NCBI GenBank assembly: GCA_964247055.1
Contig: OZ176056.1
Coordinates: forward strand, 8,804,001 to 8,868,000
Reading direction: 5' to 3'
DNA from: Paragordius varius
Taxonomy: Eukaryota; Animalia; Nematomorpha
DNA: 64,000 nt
The notes under the pieces were generated by a model. That model saw only the letters and a list, made by a program, of their open reading frames with translations, was not told where the DNA came from and did no database searches. Position 1 is the stretch's first letter; the number at the start of each line of letters is the position of its first letter. Position numbers and translations under genes: made by a program. This document shows positions 27,667-40,045 of this stretch, piece by piece.

Positions 27667-29278
27667 GATTTACTTTTGTAGTTAATTTGTATACAGTTCC
27701 TTTTTACAAATGGCAGACGCTGAATATCAAAACGATCAAACTTATGAGGATGCTAACCAAAACGGACTTTTTGATGTATGGCACCGGCTGACGCAACATC
27801 CTCTCCAGGCTTGAATCGAACGATGACTGTAAATCCTTAATGACCCCGATCTTTAAAACTTACCGAAAAAACTTCTATAACTGTGGACAACTGAGCTCTT
27901 GAAGCTGCGCTGATGAACGCGATTACGATTATACCCCGAAAACCTCGATCACTTATAAGTTCTTGACAACGAGGAAACGCACCAGAGTTACTAATCCTAT
28001 CCCGTTGGAAACCAACGCAAAACATCTATGCTATATGACGATGACATCGGAACCGCTGATATTTGAGGGGTGATTACCAATATTCAACTTTTATTTGAGC
28101 CGGATACTTTGCTCCAGATTGAATGGTACTATTGCGAAGTCGGTAGTATTTTAAGGTTAATTCCCACTGCTGGATAAGGTATTAATTTTATTTTACAACG
28201 CTCTGTTAATGTCAGTTAATATTTATGTAATTAAGGTATAAATTTTTATTTTACAACGCTTTGTTAATGTCAGTATTGATGTAATTAAGGTATAAATTTT
28301 ATTTTACAACGCTTTGCTAATGTCAGTATTGATATAATTAAGGTATAAATTTTTATTTCACAACGCTCTGTTAATGTAAGTTAGTATTCATGTAATTAAG
28401 GGATAAATTTTTATTTTACAACGCTTTGTTAATGTCAGTAATAATGTAATTAAGGTATAAATTTTTATTTTACAACGCTCTGTTAAAGTCAGTTAGTATT
28501 GATGTAATATTTACAACAAAATCTGTTAATGGTAAACACCTATACAGTTAGTTAAGAATATAGACTGCTTCCCACAGATATCCCATGAACAAAATGTACC
28601 ACTAAATGTATAACGCATGCAAGACGCGACTCTGAGTAGACTATTAGCCAATTATTGTGGACGACGTCCTGGAAAGCAATGTTGGAGCCGCTGATATTTG
28701 AGCAGGGCTGGTTACCAATCTCCGACATCTCTGTTGGTCGGAGTTGAGACTTAGCTCAGAGCAAGCTCAACGACCACTTATCCCGGGTTAGCGTCCCAGT
28801 TGAAGGTACAACTGAAACATGGTCGCACGAAGGGGTAACGTTGACGCTTGTAATGTCTAATATCTCTAAAATTGGTTTACCTAAAGGCCATACTCATTTA
28901 GAAGCAAAAGAAGACCCCCTTCCACACCAAAGATAAGAGCTTAAAATTAACTCTACATTTGACCCGACATAGACCTTTGACATTACTTTCTGGAGTAATC
29001 AAACCCTCTTTGTACGGTTATTTAAACTCAAATATTGCTTTTACCTACCTAACCAGGCGATATTAACATTTCTTTTAAAATATATATAGCTTATTAACTA
29101 TATTAACTCCCATTAACACATCTAACATGAAGGCATTTATTTATGTATGTAGATACTAACGTCAACCCCAACCTCCGATGTGTTTCCCCGCTCTGAAGCT
29201 CAATGCATTACGGGTGGGTAGGGATTGCCTTGACGGCAGGTGGCCGACGATCTTCCGACGCTACACCCTTTACCTTGT
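27667..29278. mobile_element. 1.6 kb insertion with perfect 15-bp TSD; contains decayed ORF1/gag-like fragments and a minisatellite
   Basis: TTACAATTTAACAGC at 27652-27666 and 29279-29293. Two related degenerate coding-like segments (27710-28180, 28560-28950) share CCGCTGATATTTGAG...TTACCAAT. Confidence 0.7.
28177..28530. repeat. Minisatellite, 53-58 bp unit, 6 copies plus a partial
   Basis: AAGGTATAAATTTTTATTTTACAACGCT(T/C)TGTTAATGTCAG(TTAG)TATTGATGTAATT repeated head to tail. Confidence 0.93.
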
Positions 29279-29422
29279 TTACAATTTAACAGCAAACTTA
29301 GCATTATTATAATATTTTTACTAGTTATTTTGTTTACATGAAAATTAAGACATTTATATATTTTTATATAATAAATTTGTTTGATACTTATGTTATTTGT
29401 GTTAGACACCCCTGCATTTAAG

Positions 29423-29792
29423 CATGGGTGATTAACACATATGGCTTGGCGGGCCGCACTTTTGCATCAAAAATTAAGCGGGCCGCATTTTAGATATAAA
29501 CATAAGACTGACTGTCAAAATTAATATTTATTTTAACGGTTTTAGCTAGTTCATTGCCAAATATGGAACGACTTATTCGCAAAATTTGTTTATGAAAATT
29601 AATTTTACTTATATTTTGTTATTTTAAATGTTTAAAATTTCTCGCATGCTGCAAATATGACTGTTTCTAATTGATTTTGCATGTAAAAATTATAGTCGTT
29701 TTTTAACTAGTATCCCAAAAGTTGGTATTTTAACATGGATTTTTTTGGTCAAAAATTGGAACTTATGGGCTCCATGGTTTATTGGGCCGTGG
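29423..29792. mobile_element. hAT/Charlie-type MITE remnant abutting the tetraspanin break point
   Basis: Starts exactly 8 bp after the previous hAT TIR; repeated GCGGGCCGCA motifs; GGGCCGTGG at the right end. Confidence 0.55.
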
Positions 29793-30547
29793 CAAATCTA
29801 TTGCTTTTGTTTTTCTGTCATCAATATTGTACGCCTTGAAAAATGTCTCATGTAATTGAATGTCGAGCTCCTTATGCATTTTAGAATGGTATAGGAAAGC
29901 AAAAACACCCGATAGTGATTGACAAACAAAAATTATAAAAAGCAAAAATATGTACTAAATATTAAATATTGTTATTACTAATTTAAGTAGGCATCTATCT
30001 TCCTTCCAAATAGACAAACATCCGATATATCCAACAAAACAATTATAACTCCCACACCAATCATCAAACATGTTGCGATAAAAAATTGATTTGCGTTAAG
30101 CAATGGTAAATATGGATGTTTGGAAATAAGTACCCATAAAGAAACTCCAAGCAAACAAATGCTAATTAGCTTTAAATATTATGTAATCAATACCCAAAAG
30201 AAGAAATTATAAGTAAACATAAAATATCAAGGTGTATCAAGAAAAGGGTGTAGCAGACCCACGTCGCCACTGTCCACAAAAGACGTCCCTTGCTGCCCTT
30301 CCATACACCAGTCAATGGTGGTTCAGTGAGAGCCGTCTAGTTGCGTCGGGGGTCGGGTTGACTTCTAGGGATATAATGATAAATGAAATAAAATGAAGAT
30401 ATATTTGGCATTTACAGGTAAAATAAATCCAATCGACTATATCCTATATATTTATACTAATGTTTAATAGATCTAATATTCTTTAAAGTATTTAAGCAGA
30501 TTTAGGCTGCAACAGCCTGAATCCCTTGTGTGCCTTTTGTTCGTCAT
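29793..30547 (-). pseudogene. CD151/TSPAN11-like tetraspanin, 5' half, disabled
   Basis: Reconstructs to MTNKRHTRDSGCCSLNLLKYF-MFTYNFFFW | LISICLLGVSLW...GVGVIIVFVGYIGCLSIWKEDRCLLKL | YIFLLFIIFVCQSLSGVFAFLY...KTKAIDL. 257-bp insertion in exon 1, 1-nt deletion near 30040, truncation before the CCG motif. Introns at 30170-30193 and 29955-29978. Confidence 0.85.
30227..30483 (+). mobile_element. Short SINE-like insertion in tetraspanin exon 1
   Basis: Flanked by TAAAATA (30220-30226) and TAAAGTA (30484-30490). The GC-rich head is homologous to 29150-29278 in inverted orientation. Confidence 0.65.
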
Positions 30548-30669
30548 TTGATTAAATGAATGAAGATTGTAGATATGCCTTATTAGTTTGATTGTGATGT
30601 AAATTGTTTTAAATTATATTATATATCCTGACAATATAAAGATATGGTGAGATTTCTTACCATATAATG

Positions 30670-33000
30670 CAGTGGTACTCACCAAAAAATTTGACGGGCC
30701 AAATAAAATATATTTTTTTTGAGGGCCACAAATCTTATAATGGCAAATATTCCATAGCTATTTGACACATATGCACATTATTTTACTCTAAATCAAATGA
30801 ATCTATTAAAAAATTTAAATATTTTTATAACAACATTTTACTAACCAATAATTTTTGACAATTTCGGTTTCATGACAGGCCAATCTTAATACGTCGTGCA
30901 TATGATCATCGGTTAAGCGATTTCTATATGTATTCTTGGCACACTCTATTTTTGAATATGCCGTCTCACACGTCTAAGTTGAGGGAAAAATAGTTAGAAT
31001 AACTTGAGCACATTTTTATATTTTGTATTTGGCACATCTTGCCAAAACTCTACATATCTTCCTTTTCTACTATTCTCCTTAGCCTCCAAATTAAATCATT
31101 TTTAAAATCTCTTCAATGATATTCGCCTGATAAACCGAAATGCTCAAGTTGTTTAACATTGGATATATATATATGCCATGGATATACGAGTTTCAAGATT
31201 TTTAAAATTAATTCTTGAAATCTGAATTTCAAATGATTGTCTATAAATAAAATAACGCGGTTAATTCGATATTTTCTTCATGAATTGTTTTAAGTGTTGG
31301 AATATATAGGAGTGTTTTATTGATAAAATCTTGTTTATTTTTTATTAATTTTTCTTTAAAAGCAATATATGATTAGCAGATTGGGTTATTATTTTGCTCA
31401 CTTGAAGACTTGAATTAAACATAATAAGTTTAAAATTAATGTCGCAAAGGTAGGCTAATAAAGACACCATTTGTCAAATTTCCTCATCAAACTTTCTGTT
31501 ATCTTTTATAAATAATAGGATTTCATGTCTTAAAAAAATCTATTTAATATTCACAGCGGTATACAAAAGAATATCATTAAACTCACTGTGGATATCTTTC
31601 AGAAGGTTTTTGAATTTACCGCGGTTGAATTTTCTGCCACAGATGTGGTTAACACCGTTTTTAGAATTGAGAATCAAGTTTTGCTGATGAAAAAAGCAGT
31701 GAATGATAAAATATTATGCATATTATGTTTGTTTTTCAAAAGAAGAATAAATCATTTGTTTATTCCAATCATAGGGAGCCGTCTGTGATCGAAACCAATT
31801 TTTTCGTAGATATACCGTTATTATCGAAAAAAGAACTATTTATATCAAGAAAATTACTTCTTTTCTTGGTATTCATCGGTACAAATTTTAATATTCCTTC
31901 TTGATTATGTTGTCGTTGCAAAATCTCACGAAAAGCGTACATTGAGGTGTTGTGCTAATCTCAGTGCTATAATCAATTGCAATACTAAAATATTTGCAGT
32001 TTTTCAGAGCCAATAATGTATTGGTAAAAAGGTATTAGACATATTTTTAATGAGTCGAGCACATGTTTAATCAAAAAGTTGAAGTTTTTTAATTGTCTCA
32101 TGATTTGATCTTTATTATGGAATTTATCAAATAGAAAAGTGCAACCATTTATTAGACATTCCTTTATTAGTTGGGAATCAGTAAACGGTTTCATATATTT
32201 TCCTAAAATATAGCAAATTTCATAAGCTAATGTTACAGCTCTTCCTGGGCGAAAGCAATGGACCTAAGCTTTTACTTTCTGGTATAATTTCTTAAATTTT
32301 TATATTTTTCGTTTCTTTTCTCATAATTTTTTGTTAATTAATGAGAATGATGGATTGTAATATGTCTTTCAATATTGTATTTTTTATGATTAAGTTGTCC
32401 TTACATATAAGAAAGGTAACAACATTTTTATTCTAAACGACACAGAATTTTTCTTCCCATCCTTTTTTAAAAGAGGGATTTTCATCGGATGATATACGTA
32501 TTTTATTAGATGTCATCCTTTGAATTTATGTTTAAATATAATGTAATTTTCAAAAATATGGGAATATAATTTGAATTAAAATAGGTCGAAATTTAATGAT
32601 GTTGATTTAAAAAATATTTTTTGGTGAGTTATAAAAAATGATGCAGGATAGCAATGAAAAGAATATCTATATGCAAGTGTGGACGAAATGGCTTAAATAC
32701 AAAAGGAATGCAATAAAAATTCCAAAATAGAAAAGAAAATAGAATACTACAAACAACGTGTGCCAAATAAAATCATTTTAACGAAGGGAAAGTTTTCTAC
32801 ATTTCAAATTCGATAAAAAATAAAAATTACCAAAATTAAATCTAAACAAAATAAATCAATATTAAAATAAGCATAAATTCGTTTATGTATATTTTGAATT
32901 CATCAATAAAAAATAGTTAAGTATCAATATGGTCATAGGGCGTTTTCAAAGCACTCTTAGGGCCGCATGCAGCCCGCGGGCCGCGGTTTGAATATCACTG
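30670..33000 (-). mobile_element. Decayed hAT/Charlie transposon (GTF2IRD2/ZBED5-like transposase pseudogene, about 30780-32525)
   Basis: TIRs CAGTGGTACTCA and CAGTGATATTCA; GCGGCCCGCGGGCTGCATGCGGCCC subterminal block; MKPFTDSQLIKECLI and ENPSFKKGWEE motifs with many stops and frameshifts. Confidence 0.82.
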
Positions 33001-33246
33001 GGGTAGATGATATGTAAATTAATTTAAAAATACAGTCAGTGTAGAAGTCCATTGGATTGTTGATATTTTCGATTTACCTGATTAGAAAATTTAGTTATTA
33101 TTTTTCAATAGTAAAGAGGTTTTCTCAAATGACTATAGTTATAATATTTTTTTATATTTTACATTTGACAATTATATGACATGATGATTGGAGTTAATAA
33201 AAGAGAAATTTTGCCTTATTTTTAATTAAATAAAATGCGAGATTTA

Positions 33247-33844
33247 TACCATTTCACTTCAAGAAAAGAGTATCCTTGAACACTTCAAGTTGGTTCTTGA
33301 AGACATTAAGTTGGTCCTTGAACACTTCAAGTTGTTCAGTTGACCTTTTGTTTTAAATTTATCAATCAAATCGTATATCATTTATCTATTTTATCATTTT
33401 TAACCTATTTATTATTTAACATATATATTAAATCAATATCAACTTATCTTTGAGAAACCGTATATTTTTTTAATATCCTAAAATTATTTTTAGTATTTAT
33501 AAGATTTTAACACGTTTAAAAAATATATAAGTTTTCTGGTTATTATTTACTTTATTTCATTGAAAACATTTAAAAGTTAATAATTTTGTTAAATTGGAAA
33601 AAAGTTTGAAACAAAAAAGGGGGTTTTTTAATAAAAATGAATAAATATATAATACAAAAAGAAAATTAGGTTTATAATTAATAATATAAAAAAATAAGTG
33701 CAAAAATTATGGTTAAATCAAAATTAAAAATTTTAAGGACTAACTTGAAGTGTTCAAGGATTAACTGAACTGTTTAAGGACCAACATGAAATGTTCAAGG
33801 ACCAACTTGAAGTGTTCAAGGACACTCTTGAAGTGCAAATGGTA
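33247..33844. mobile_element. Foldback-type MITE, TA TSD, TACCATTT termini, 21-bp subterminal repeats (CCTTGAACACTTCAAGTTGGT)
   Basis: TA|TACCATTT...AAATGGTA|TA, with inverted arrays at 33275-33330 and 33735-33830. Confidence 0.8.
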
Positions 33845-34229
33845 TATGGAATGGATATTTTTTACAATATAATTCGGATGTCTTGATATAATTCGATTAA
33901 AGCAGACAGCGATTACCCCTCAATTTTTTAAATTGGCAAAATTTAATTTTAAACTTAATCCATTTTGATTTGATTGACTAACTTTATTTATTCCCAATCA
34001 GATGAAATATATATAATCTTAGAAAAAAGTATTAGGTATCAGGCTTTTGGTTTTAGCAATTACGAGTGATTTGAAAAGTTTTTTACACTTTTGTAATAAC
34101 AGTTTTATATCAGAAAATTGCAAAATTTCCCCACATTTTAAATTAATTTTTTTTTGGTGAAATCTAGTGCTTCATTCCAAAAAATATCAATATATATTCA
34201 AAATAACGATATTTTATAATTTATTAGAT

Positions 34230-34720
34230 GTAGGCTCCGAAAGCCCCAAATATTTTCACCCTACACACAAAAATGCTGAGATTTTGCTATAAATTTTTTT
34301 AGCTAGATTATGGCATTAAAAAATGCATATTGATAAAATGCATACTAGATGGAAACGGGTTATAAAACGCTTGACACTATAAAAAGACGTTCTATATAAT
34401 TCAGAGAAGCTAAACATTATCACCTCAGAATATCAGAGTGTATTTGAGTCAATTTTTATAAAAAAAATAATTTTATCATAAATATTAACATGAACGATAA
34501 TTTATTTCAAAGTGAGGTGATAGAAATTTCTATTCTAAAACTGTATTATGCCTTAAAATTGTATGAAATACGCTTTAAGCTTTGAAACAAAGTATGCATT
34601 TTTTTCAACGCCAAAATCTAGCATGTTAAAAAATATCGCGAAATCTCGACATTTTAGCGGTTAATATATCACTTCATTAAATTTAAGTGATGACATTTTG
34701 GGGTTGCTTTCAACCCCAGA
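34230..34720. mobile_element. MITE with imperfect long inverted repeats
   Basis: GCTAGATTATGGCATTAAAAAATGCATA (about 34300) versus TATGCATTTTTTTCAACGCCAAAATCTAGC (about 34593); AAGCCCCAAA versus TTTTGGGGTTGCTT. Confidence 0.5.
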
Positions 34721-34979
34721 TCTTAAAGTTATAAACAAACTACTGTGTTTAAAGTTGTTTTGGTTGAAATTAAATTATCAAACCCTCTTCTCATGTATTT
34801 GATTAAACAACTCCTAATCTTTACAGTTTTTTAACTTTTAGAGTCCCATCAGATAGCTCCTAAACACGACAAAAACGAACATCTGATATTAAAATCATCT
34901 ATATAAAATATGTTAATTCAAATTCGAAAGCTTTCTGTTACCTGTGTAAATTTCTTTAATTTCGATTATTTACCGTAAT

Positions 34980-35035
34980 GGATTATCTTTATGTTTGTGT
35001 TGTTTGATGTCATATAAATTACCTTCATAAATTGT

Positions 35036-35081
<46 letters not shown>

Positions 35082-36843
35082 CAATTTTTCAAATAAACAA
35101 ATTTTTTCTGAAACTATCTCTATGATCTAACACATAACATTGGAGGCCAAGAAAATTTCGAACGATCATGACGCCAATTCCCAATCTCGCCCACCTAATT
35201 GAGAAATATGATAATATAAAGTTTGAGTTAATAAGAATGATAATTCCAATTATAATAATGGTAATAATTTAAATCGATTACAACACATCAATATTAATAA
35301 TAAAGCCATGCGTTCACGACAGCCAGCTGTCAACCTCAAACACATATGCAATCGTTGTGGGAGTAGCCATGGACCAAACAAATGTCCTGCCTGGAATCGC
35401 AATTGCAATTAATGCAGAAAATCCGTCCACTTCGCTAAAATGTGTAGATTAAAAAACGCTGCCAAGAGTATGTTCAAACGCCAGATCCATAGAAAAGTAA
35501 TGCCAATGTCACCATGGACAGTAAGAATAATGATAAACAATACAGAACGAGAATTTATCTACGGAGCCGATATCAGTGTAATCAACTTTGAGACATGGAA
35601 GCAAGTTGGTAAGCAAAACATTAGACCCATACCGCCTGAAAGGCCTACAATAATAGTATAATACCTCTACAGGGCAAAACAACGGTTACAGTAGAAATGA
35701 ATAGGCAAAACTTAGGAGACGCAGAATGTTCCGTACTGTAAAAAAGGATGTCAAAGGCACCGCTCATCTGTGGCTTGGATTGGATCACGATATTCAACAT
35801 TGACATCCCTAAAGTACGAACTAACTTTCTTAAACTTGATAAAATTATTGGAAATTAATTTATTTAAAGAAGGATTAAACTGTTACAGTGAGCGGGTAAA
35901 AATTCATATAGCATCCAACGCCTCCCCCAAGGTTTGGCCTTGTTGACAAGTGCCGTTTCCTTTAGGAGCAAAAGTTGAGAACGCATTGCTAAGACCGGCA
36001 GATGTTAGACATTTTGAAGCCAGAGGATTCCATTCTCACACCTGAAAGCAAACGGTGAGAAACTGTAGCGACTATGGAATCACGATCAACCGAGGACTCC
36101 CACATCATTCAACGTTGCTGATTGGGTATTTAAGATTGGCGAAGGAGAAGTTTTCACTAAGATTGATCGAAAAGATGCCTACCTCCGAATGCCGATAGCT
36201 AAAGAGTCGCAACACCTTTTAACAAATTCAACGAAAAAGGATGTTTCCGTTACAAAAGGATACCTTTCAGATTCTCAACAGCACAGATAATATTTCAGTG
36301 AGATATGGACCAGTTTAACAAGCAAAAACGAACATGATCAGGGATGGCGAGGCAATGTCGTCGACAGAACCGTTCTGCTATCCCAAATGGGATCAAAAAA
36401 AATAATAAGATGGTCAGAAAGCACGTGGATCAAATGAAACGCGTCGGCACACCCAACACAACTACCCCTGTTACTCAAAATAGTAGTGTTGATAGTAATA
36501 ATGACAGTATTAATGAAAGTCCTATGCATTCGCCGGAAGCCGATGAAGTTCTCGGGTGTATGGGTTACCTGTGCACATTGTTAGATTTATACTTTTGCAT
36601 GCATGATCCAAATTGTAGTGATTTTAATATTTTCATAGTCTATTATATCATGTATTATGATGCAAGTAATTGTCTCCTAGTTTACACGTATATTTTTTGA
36701 ATGTATCCTGCAAATAGAGTCATGATTACTTAATGTATATTAGTGTTGTTTGATATCATGTAAAATACCTTCATAGAAAATTGTTTCTAATAAATGTTTA
36801 TCATTTTTTTAACACTATCTTGATGATCTAACCTAACATAACA
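34980..36843 (+). mobile_element. Old, internally deleted Mag-like Gypsy element
   Basis: Diverged LTRs ending ...CATAACA at 35139 and 36843; gag knuckle CNRCGSSHGPNKCPAWNRNC; protease remnant; RT remnant FTKIDRKDAYL...FRYKRIPF; integrase tail RKHVDQMKR. Confidence 0.8.
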
Positions 36844-38379
36844 CTTTCTAAAATTAATTAATCAATTTTAACTATAATATACATGCAATTTGCCTCCTGT
36901 ATTCACGATTTAAAATACATATATTAAAAAAATTGTATTATGCACCTAAAATGCGAAGAAAGCATATATTTTTATTTAACCCAAGGGTAATAATATTTTT
37001 ATAAATAAGAGGTAAAGATTTAAGACTTTTAGAACCCACATCTAACCTTAATTTTTTCTTTTGTTTTTTATTTGTAATTGATTATATATTTTAGTGATAA
37101 TTGGAATGAAGCATGTAACTTTCACCGAAATATTTTATTTAACAAAATATACGCAAATTCTGTCATATGTGCAGAAGTATAAAAAATTTTAATTACTTGT
37201 AAAGGCCGAAACCTCAACCATCAAGATAATCCTGATACATTTTTCGATCAGAATTTATATACTTTGTCAGAATATTTATTTTCGAACACAGAGCAAACTT
37301 TTTAATAAGATGCAGATGATTAAAACCGAAGCATAAGTTTCATAGAAAACCTAAAATTTTCTCATAAAGTAAAATAATTGAAAAACTAATTAAACGGAAT
37401 ATTTTATGGAAAAGTAGAAAAATATCCAAATTAGTTTAAATTTTTAAATATTTATTTCCAACCAATTCAAAAAATGATTTAATAATTTAAGGCCATGAAA
37501 AAGCACTTTTAGCCCCGCATGCGGCTCGTGGGCCGCAGTTAAAATTAAAGTATGTATCATACATTTATTCTAATATTTTTAAGCTATTGTCTTCATTTGA
37601 TCTGAACTTATAAAGCGATTTTTCTCAGTTTATTCAATGTTAATCGGGTTTTAACGATTATTAAATGCACATATTTCTGGGTTAGTAATCGCAATTTTTT
37701 GTTAAAAACATATAAAATTAAAAATATTGTTAATTAAATATAAAATGGTAATTTAAAAAGATAGATAATAAAATCAAGTTATCGAAAAACGGAAAAATTA
37801 TGGTTATAACCTAAAAGGTTAAGGACCTTGAAGTGTTAAAACACTTAAAATATTTAAGACTAATTTAAAATGTTAATAAAACTATTGAAGGTCAAGTGTT
37901 CTTAAAACTAACCTTTTGGGGTAGTTTTATGTCCAAGAGCAATCTGAAAATTGATTATGTTAAAAAGTATTAAAGCTATTAATCAGAATTTAAAAATATA
38001 CTCTCTTTAATCTACGCGCATTATACGAAATTTTTTTTAAAAAAGGTAAAATTAAAATCCTCATATCTAATACCACACGCAAATAAATGTATATTATGGT
38101 TTAAAAGCTTTCAGGCTGCATTTTATCAGCAAAAACTTGATATATTTTGTTTAAAATATCAGCTGTTCGTTGCAATCGTGTTTTGTTTAGACTCCAGAAA
38201 GTCTCAAAACTGTAAATATAAGCTTTTTTTTATCAAATACAGGAGAACAAGTCCGATAATTTAATTTTATCTATAATAACTTTCACTGTAGGTTATTTAC
38301 CAAATTGTGCTCTCTATCCCAAAAGGAAACTAAGACAAAAAAGTGAAAACTAATGAAGTATTAAAATAAATGCCTCCGT

Positions 38380-39670
38380 GGAAAGCCACCTTTAGAGTGA
38401 GCAAGTTGGTAAATTAATATTTTAAATAAAATTTTGCTGTGATAAAAAACCTTACTTGTATCAAATATAAAAATGTTTTAGGGTGTCTTAAGCGTTTTTA
38501 TACCGTTCATTATAAGCTTGAATATATTAATTATAAAAGCTATTTGGCGTCAAAAGTGGAAGGGTGTCAAATACGAAGGCCGTCTTGCTTTTCAAGACAA
38601 GCGGTTCGCAAACAATTACACAATTATGTTTAGAAAAACCAAAATTATGGGTGTGGTGATAAAAAAGTCACACTTGACTTGTAAGACAAGCGTGGCAAGT
38701 TGAGCAAGTTTACTTAAGCCAGCAAGTGACTCATGAAGATCGGTGATAAAAAAACACTTAAGTCAAGCCTTTTGCTTATGAATGTAAGATTTTTTTGCCA
38801 CCCGATTCTAATTTTACAGAAATTAATTTGATCATTTTCAGGCAAAATTTATGAAATAAGGCACAAAAAGTTAAACAATTAATACACATGCATTTTATTG
38901 ACGTTTTTCAAACTCACTGGCACCTATCTTATTTAATATTATAAGTTTTCCAAATATTGAGCTTGGTAATAATTTTTAAATTGATGAAACCATCGTCCTT
39001 AAAACACTTTCCATTCCTTTATCACACTACATTTTGTTTAGACTCCATTTGCAAATATAATGGGAAGATGTTTATACAATATATCATAATTATTTTTAAT
39101 TAATTAAAAACATTACATTTAAAATAAATATGATGAAATAAATTCTTTACATTGGTTAATAGTGAAATAACCTTTTGCTTTTAATAAACCAAGATTTGAA
39201 ATTTTACAAGATTAATATTTTATAATTAATTTTAAAAAATTTTCGAGAATCCATTTTTTTTGCGGTCATGGAATTGATGTATTTAGCATATTTTTATGTG
39301 CCATGTTATTAAATATTAGCAGAGTTTTTCTATAAATTTATCCTCTTTTTATCCACCCAATGAATAGATAAATTAGCCAAAATTTATTTAATTAACAATT
39401 TATAACATTAACAAAGGTTTGAATTACATATAAAACCTAAATTTTATACCTAAATAGTTTCCAAAATAGTTTTATCCATATTTTTAAATCTGTCAAGTGT
39501 GCCCTACACCACACTTGCAAAATCTTTAGATTTTACTTGATGATATAATTTTTTATCACCTCCGAATCAAGTTTTCTTGCTTGACTTAAGTCGTGTAATG
39601 TTAAACTTTTTTTATCACATGAAGCAAGCCATGACTTGAAATACAAGTCAAGTCATAATAATTTTTTTCC
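38380..39670. mobile_element. Probable non-autonomous element with inverted subterminal motifs
   Basis: GTGATAAAAAA...CTTGAC repeats at about 38440, 38657 and 38743, mirrored by ...TTTTTTATCAC / TCAAG repeats at about 39549-39655. Ends not defined. Confidence 0.4.
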
Positions 39671-40045
39671 CGACCCTATATTTCAAAAAGTTAGTGTAAA
39701 TTTAACCAAAAGGAAAACATTTCTCACTGTTTGTACAGCCTTATATTTTATATTGAATAATTTATTCGTTAAGGCCTACATAATATTTTTTGATTGCGTA
39801 CCGGATTTTTTGTGTTAATAATGCGGCCCGCGAAACTTTAAATAATATCCCAGCACTAGAAAAACTATGTTAAAAGCAATAAAGCATTCTATATGTTAAA
39901 ATTGATTTAAAATTCATTTTAAGTGCAACAAAAAATTTAAAATTTATGATTGATTTTTTTTATTGAAAAATGCATGTATTTTGTATTTAACCCTTATTTT
40001 TTTACACCTTTTACAGTCAAACCATCAAACATCCTTTAAAACAAC

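Larger units (their letters stand above)
26193..29414 (-). mobile_element. Internally deleted hAT/Charlie DNA transposon with nested insertions
   Basis: TIRs CAGGGCTGTTCAA (26193) and CAGGGGTGTCTAA (reverse complement, ending 29414); GAGCTACTTGTGGCTC subterminal motif; YAIDEST catalytic-motif remnant at about 27560-27585. Confidence 0.7.

Noticed and set aside
27663-28154. 163-codon frame with only TGA stops, one aligning to TGG in the paralogous segment; suggested a TGA=Trp code or foreign DNA
   Set aside because: The TGA codons arise naturally from xTG+A in an adjacent, more protein-like frame. Other frames give decayed LINE ORF1-like pieces (GVITNI). Frameshifted decay is the simpler explanation; tblastn with table 4 would settle it.
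27710-28180. Ten stops all explainable as CAA/CGA to TAA/TGA (possible targeted C-to-T hypermutation)
   Set aside because: The stop density is about what is expected at random, and the sequence remains C-rich, which argues against hypermutation.
28177-28530. Regular repeat array superficially like CRISPR
   Set aside because: Head-to-tail units without unique spacers, eukaryotic context, no cas genes.
35035-35078. (TA)n tracts (also about 2985, 11632, 56140, 61725)
   Set aside because: Ordinary microsatellites in an AT-rich genome.
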